Origin: Phycisphaerales bacterium
GTDB lineage: Bacteria > Planctomycetota > Phycisphaerae > WQYP01
NCBI GenBank assembly: GCA_027451365.1
Contig: DAIDJN010000070.1
Location: 1-64,000 of the forward strand
Direction of reading: 5' to 3'
Length of the DNA: 64,000 nucleotides
This document shows positions 61,345 through 64,000 of the stretch, in pieces; positions within the stretch are counted from its first letter, which is position 1; each line of letters opens with the position of its first letter. Under the pieces are notes generated by a model that had not been told where the DNA came from, did not search any database, and saw only the letters and a program-made list of their open reading frames with translations. Position numbers and translations under genes: made by a program.

Positions 61345-62376
61345 GTGGTGTTTGTGCCAATTAATTGTGCCATAGTCGGTCTGGAACAGATACAGAAGGA
61401 CTGGGTGGATGCCATAGCGCAGGCCCGCGACGCCGGCAAAATTAATATTGTCGCCGTCGCGCAGCTTCAAATGGGTTCGGCCCGTAATTTGGGACAACGG
61501 CTGGACGCTCCATTTTATGTTGATTTCCGCCGCATGATGCTTGAGGCCACCCCGCAAATCGTCATTCTGGACCGGCCGCGGAATTTTTCGCTGGATTTCA
61601 TCATCGCCTGCATTCAGCAGGAAATCGGCATTTTCAGCCTTGGCCCGCCGGTGCAGAACCTGAACGAAGCCCGCAAATTGAGTCTGATGCTCGAACCGGT
61701 TACACCGCTCCTTTATATCTGGCCGCGGATGACTTCCTCCTGGGCCATGCGCCAATGCCGAAATTCCGAAGATTATCTTAGCGGCCTCCGCTTTCTGGCC
61801 GGCAATTGGACCGGCATTACCCATTCCCGCGCCCGGGACTGGCCCGCCGCACAAGCCTCGGTTCGATCGCTTTCCGTTCTGGCCTGGGATGCCTGCCGCA
61901 CCGTTATTGAAACCCTCGGCGTGCCCGCATCCGTCTTCGCCGCCGTGCAGGGCGAACTGGGAAATCGTGACCGGTTTACCGATGTCAACGGTTCGGTCTG
62001 CATGACCCTTCGCTTTATTGAAGCCACCGCTTCCCTGGTGGTCTGCGACCATGACTCACCCCTTACCCGCACGCTTTCACTTTTTAACGCCAGCCAGCTT
62101 GTGACCATCTCTGACCATGCCTATCACGTGCGGGCTGCCTCCAACGGCGAAAAACTGGAACAGGATTCCGCACCCGCGCAATCCTTTGATCTTCCCTGGA
62201 AGCCCCTCCTTGCCGAGCTGGACGAATTTTGCACGCAGTTTGTCGCCCCGCCGACCCCCGACCGAGGCTGGCCACATTTCCTTACCGAAACGGCGGCCAC
62301 GCTGACCGCCATGATGGTCTCCCACCGCACAGGCGCGGCCGAATCGCCGCAACACTTCCGCGGCCTCCACGGATAG
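61345..62376 (+). CDS. Degenerate Gfo/Idh/MocA-fold protein
   Basis: N-terminal AIVGL and Y.DFR.M pattern; C-terminal LG.P.SVFA...LRF; canonical EKP motif missing. Confidence 0.55.
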   Translation: MVFVPINCAIVGLEQIQKDWVDAIAQARDAGKINIVAVAQLQMGSARNLGQRLDAPFYVDFRRMMLEATPQIVILDRPRNFSLDFIIACIQQEIGIFSLGPPVQNLNEARKLSLMLEPVTPLLYIWPRMTSSWAMRQCRNSEDYLSGLRFLAGNWTGITHSRARDWPAAQASVRSLSVLAWDACRTVIETLGVPASVFAAVQGELGNRDRFTDVNGSVCMTLRFIEATASLVVCDHDSPLTRTLSLFNASQLVTISDHAYHVRAASNGEKLEQDSAPAQSFDLPWKPLLAELDEFCTQFVAPPTPDRGWPHFLTETAATLTAMMVSHRTGAAESPQHFRGLHG

Positions 62377-62697
62377 TCCCGCCTTGAACGGATACATAAC
62401 TGGCCGCTTTGTGTGCTTTTGGTTTGCACTTTAGACCCTGAATCTGTTGCGCCATGAAAGCTGAAAACCGTCCGATATGTCGGTCTTGTTTCAGCAGCCC
62501 GGCAAAAATGGCGTGGACTTGCCGGCGGCCTGTTCGCCAGGCCAGTCCCACCCCGGCAAATTGTTACCCTTGCGCTAAATTTTCCCGCTCCCATTTGGTC
62601 AATCCGGCGACAGACGTTAAAGTATCCCTGTTTTAGGCGCGCCGCCGCGCGGCTTCAGGCTAGCGCGGTTCGCAACCCCTTGAAAGGACGTTTTCCC

Positions 62698-63828
62698 ATG
62701 GCCCGAATCAACCGCAAAGACCTGCTGAAGGACACCATCGAACATTTTGACATTGTAAGCCAGCCCGGCATTGTGCCCATTGTGGAAGCCATGAAGTCGA
62801 TGGCTTTTTCATCACGCGATCTTTACCGCGCTGCCGATATTTTCGACCGCATGTTGCGCGACACTGAATGTGCGATCATTCTGACCCTGGCCGGATCACT
62901 GATTTCCGCGGGTCTCAAAAAGGTTATTGTCGACCTTCTGAAAAACAACATGGTCGACGCAATTGTTTCCACAGGTGCCAACATTGTGGATCAGGATTTC
63001 TTTGAAGCCATGGGCTTCCGCCATTATATCGGATCACAATACACGGATGACACCGTTCTTCGCGACCTGCACATCGACCGCATTTACGACACCTTTATTG
63101 ATGAAGACGAGCTGCGCGTCTGCGACGACACTTCCCGGCTCATCGCGGATTCCCTGCCGCCCGGCCCCTATTCCAGCCGCGAATTCATCCGCGAAATGGG
63201 CCGCTATCTGGGCAAAAACGCCAAAGATAAAAACAGCATTGTATTGACCGCCTTTGAAAAAGGCGTCCCGATTTTCTGCCCGGCTTTTTCCGATTGTTCC
63301 GCCGGCTTTGGACTCGTCGTGCATCAGTTGAATCGGCCACAGGCGCATGTCAGCATTGATTCCGCCAAGGATTTCCGCGAAATAACCCAGATTAAAATGA
63401 TGAACCGCGAAACCGGCATCTTCATGATCGGCGGTGGCGTGCCCAAAAACTTCACTCAGGATATTGTCGTGGCCGCTGAAATTCTTGGTGCCGACGCGCC
63501 CATGCACAAATACGCCATTCAAATTACCGTCGCCGATGTGCGCGATGGGGCCCTTTCCAGTTCCACCCTGCGGGAGGCCAGCAGTTGGGGCAAGGTCGAC
63601 ATTCTGTTTGAGCAGATGGTTTTTGCCGAAGCCACCCTCGCATTTCCCCTAATCGCCGGTTATGGCTATCACAAAAAAGGCTGGAAGAGCCGCAAAGCCC
63701 GTGATTTTTCCGGCAAGCTCGACGCCCTGAACCGCGGCGCTGGAATGCCGCAGCCCAAAGTTCAGAAAGTTCGCGCCGCCAGCGAAACCGGCAAAAGCAA
63801 AACCCGGAACGGAAAAGTTCCAGTTTAA
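62698..63828 (+). CDS. Deoxyhypusine synthase-family protein (likely polyamine/homospermidine synthesis)
   Basis: IVSTGAN, IDRIYD, FCPAFSD, GGGVPKNF, GALSSST.REASSWGK. Confidence 0.93.
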   Translation: MARINRKDLLKDTIEHFDIVSQPGIVPIVEAMKSMAFSSRDLYRAADIFDRMLRDTECAIILTLAGSLISAGLKKVIVDLLKNNMVDAIVSTGANIVDQDFFEAMGFRHYIGSQYTDDTVLRDLHIDRIYDTFIDEDELRVCDDTSRLIADSLPPGPYSSREFIREMGRYLGKNAKDKNSIVLTAFEKGVPIFCPAFSDCSAGFGLVVHQLNRPQAHVSIDSAKDFREITQIKMMNRETGIFMIGGGVPKNFTQDIVVAAEILGADAPMHKYAIQITVADVRDGALSSSTLREASSWGKVDILFEQMVFAEATLAFPLIAGYGYHKKGWKSRKARDFSGKLDALNRGAGMPQPKVQKVRAASETGKSKTRNGKVPV

Positions 63829-64000
63829 CTGAATTTTAGCCTCTGGTGATCATCCCCCAGCCGCGGCCACCGGCTGCACAAACATCCTGCCCAGTTATTG
63901 TCACAAATTTTGGCCGTCCAATCGCGCAGCCCTTCAGTAAAGCCTGTGCGTGATGCGGCCGATGCGCCAAAACCAAAGGCATACCAAATGGCGGCGCGGT

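Noticed and set aside
60787..62052. 421-aa minus-strand ORF
   Set aside because: Overlaps metG and the next gene in antisense; shadow ORF.

Overview
GC-rich bacterial chromosomal window, most likely from a Planctomycetota/PVC organism. This is inferred from the type IV pilin-like DUF1559-type genes, TPEP-type PEP-CTERM proteins and a split CoaB. It opens with the 3' end of an IS transposase and a tRNA-Ala(GGC). A B12-independent operon follows (nrdA, a tyrosyl-radical-less class Ic-type nrdB, metE), sitting behind a cobalamin riboswitch and tandem NrdR boxes. Next come carbohydrate genes (rhaT, a GH140-like, a clan GH-A and a GH2 hydrolase, xylB), a decaying glycosyltransferase/methyltransferase remnant partly duplicated from an intact gene 13 kb away, and an ABC-ATPase + TOPRIM-like (DUF3226-type) pair. 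Housekeeping genes include mqnD, anmK, xseB, truD, purA, uppS, panB, groES/groEL, ogt, metG and a deoxyhypusine-synthase homolog. The most system-like feature is two parallel modules pairing a pilin-like protein with PEP-CTERM surface proteins. They have their own promoters, operators, terminators and strong-SD leader ORFs. All calls come from motif recognition by eye; no database searches were run.
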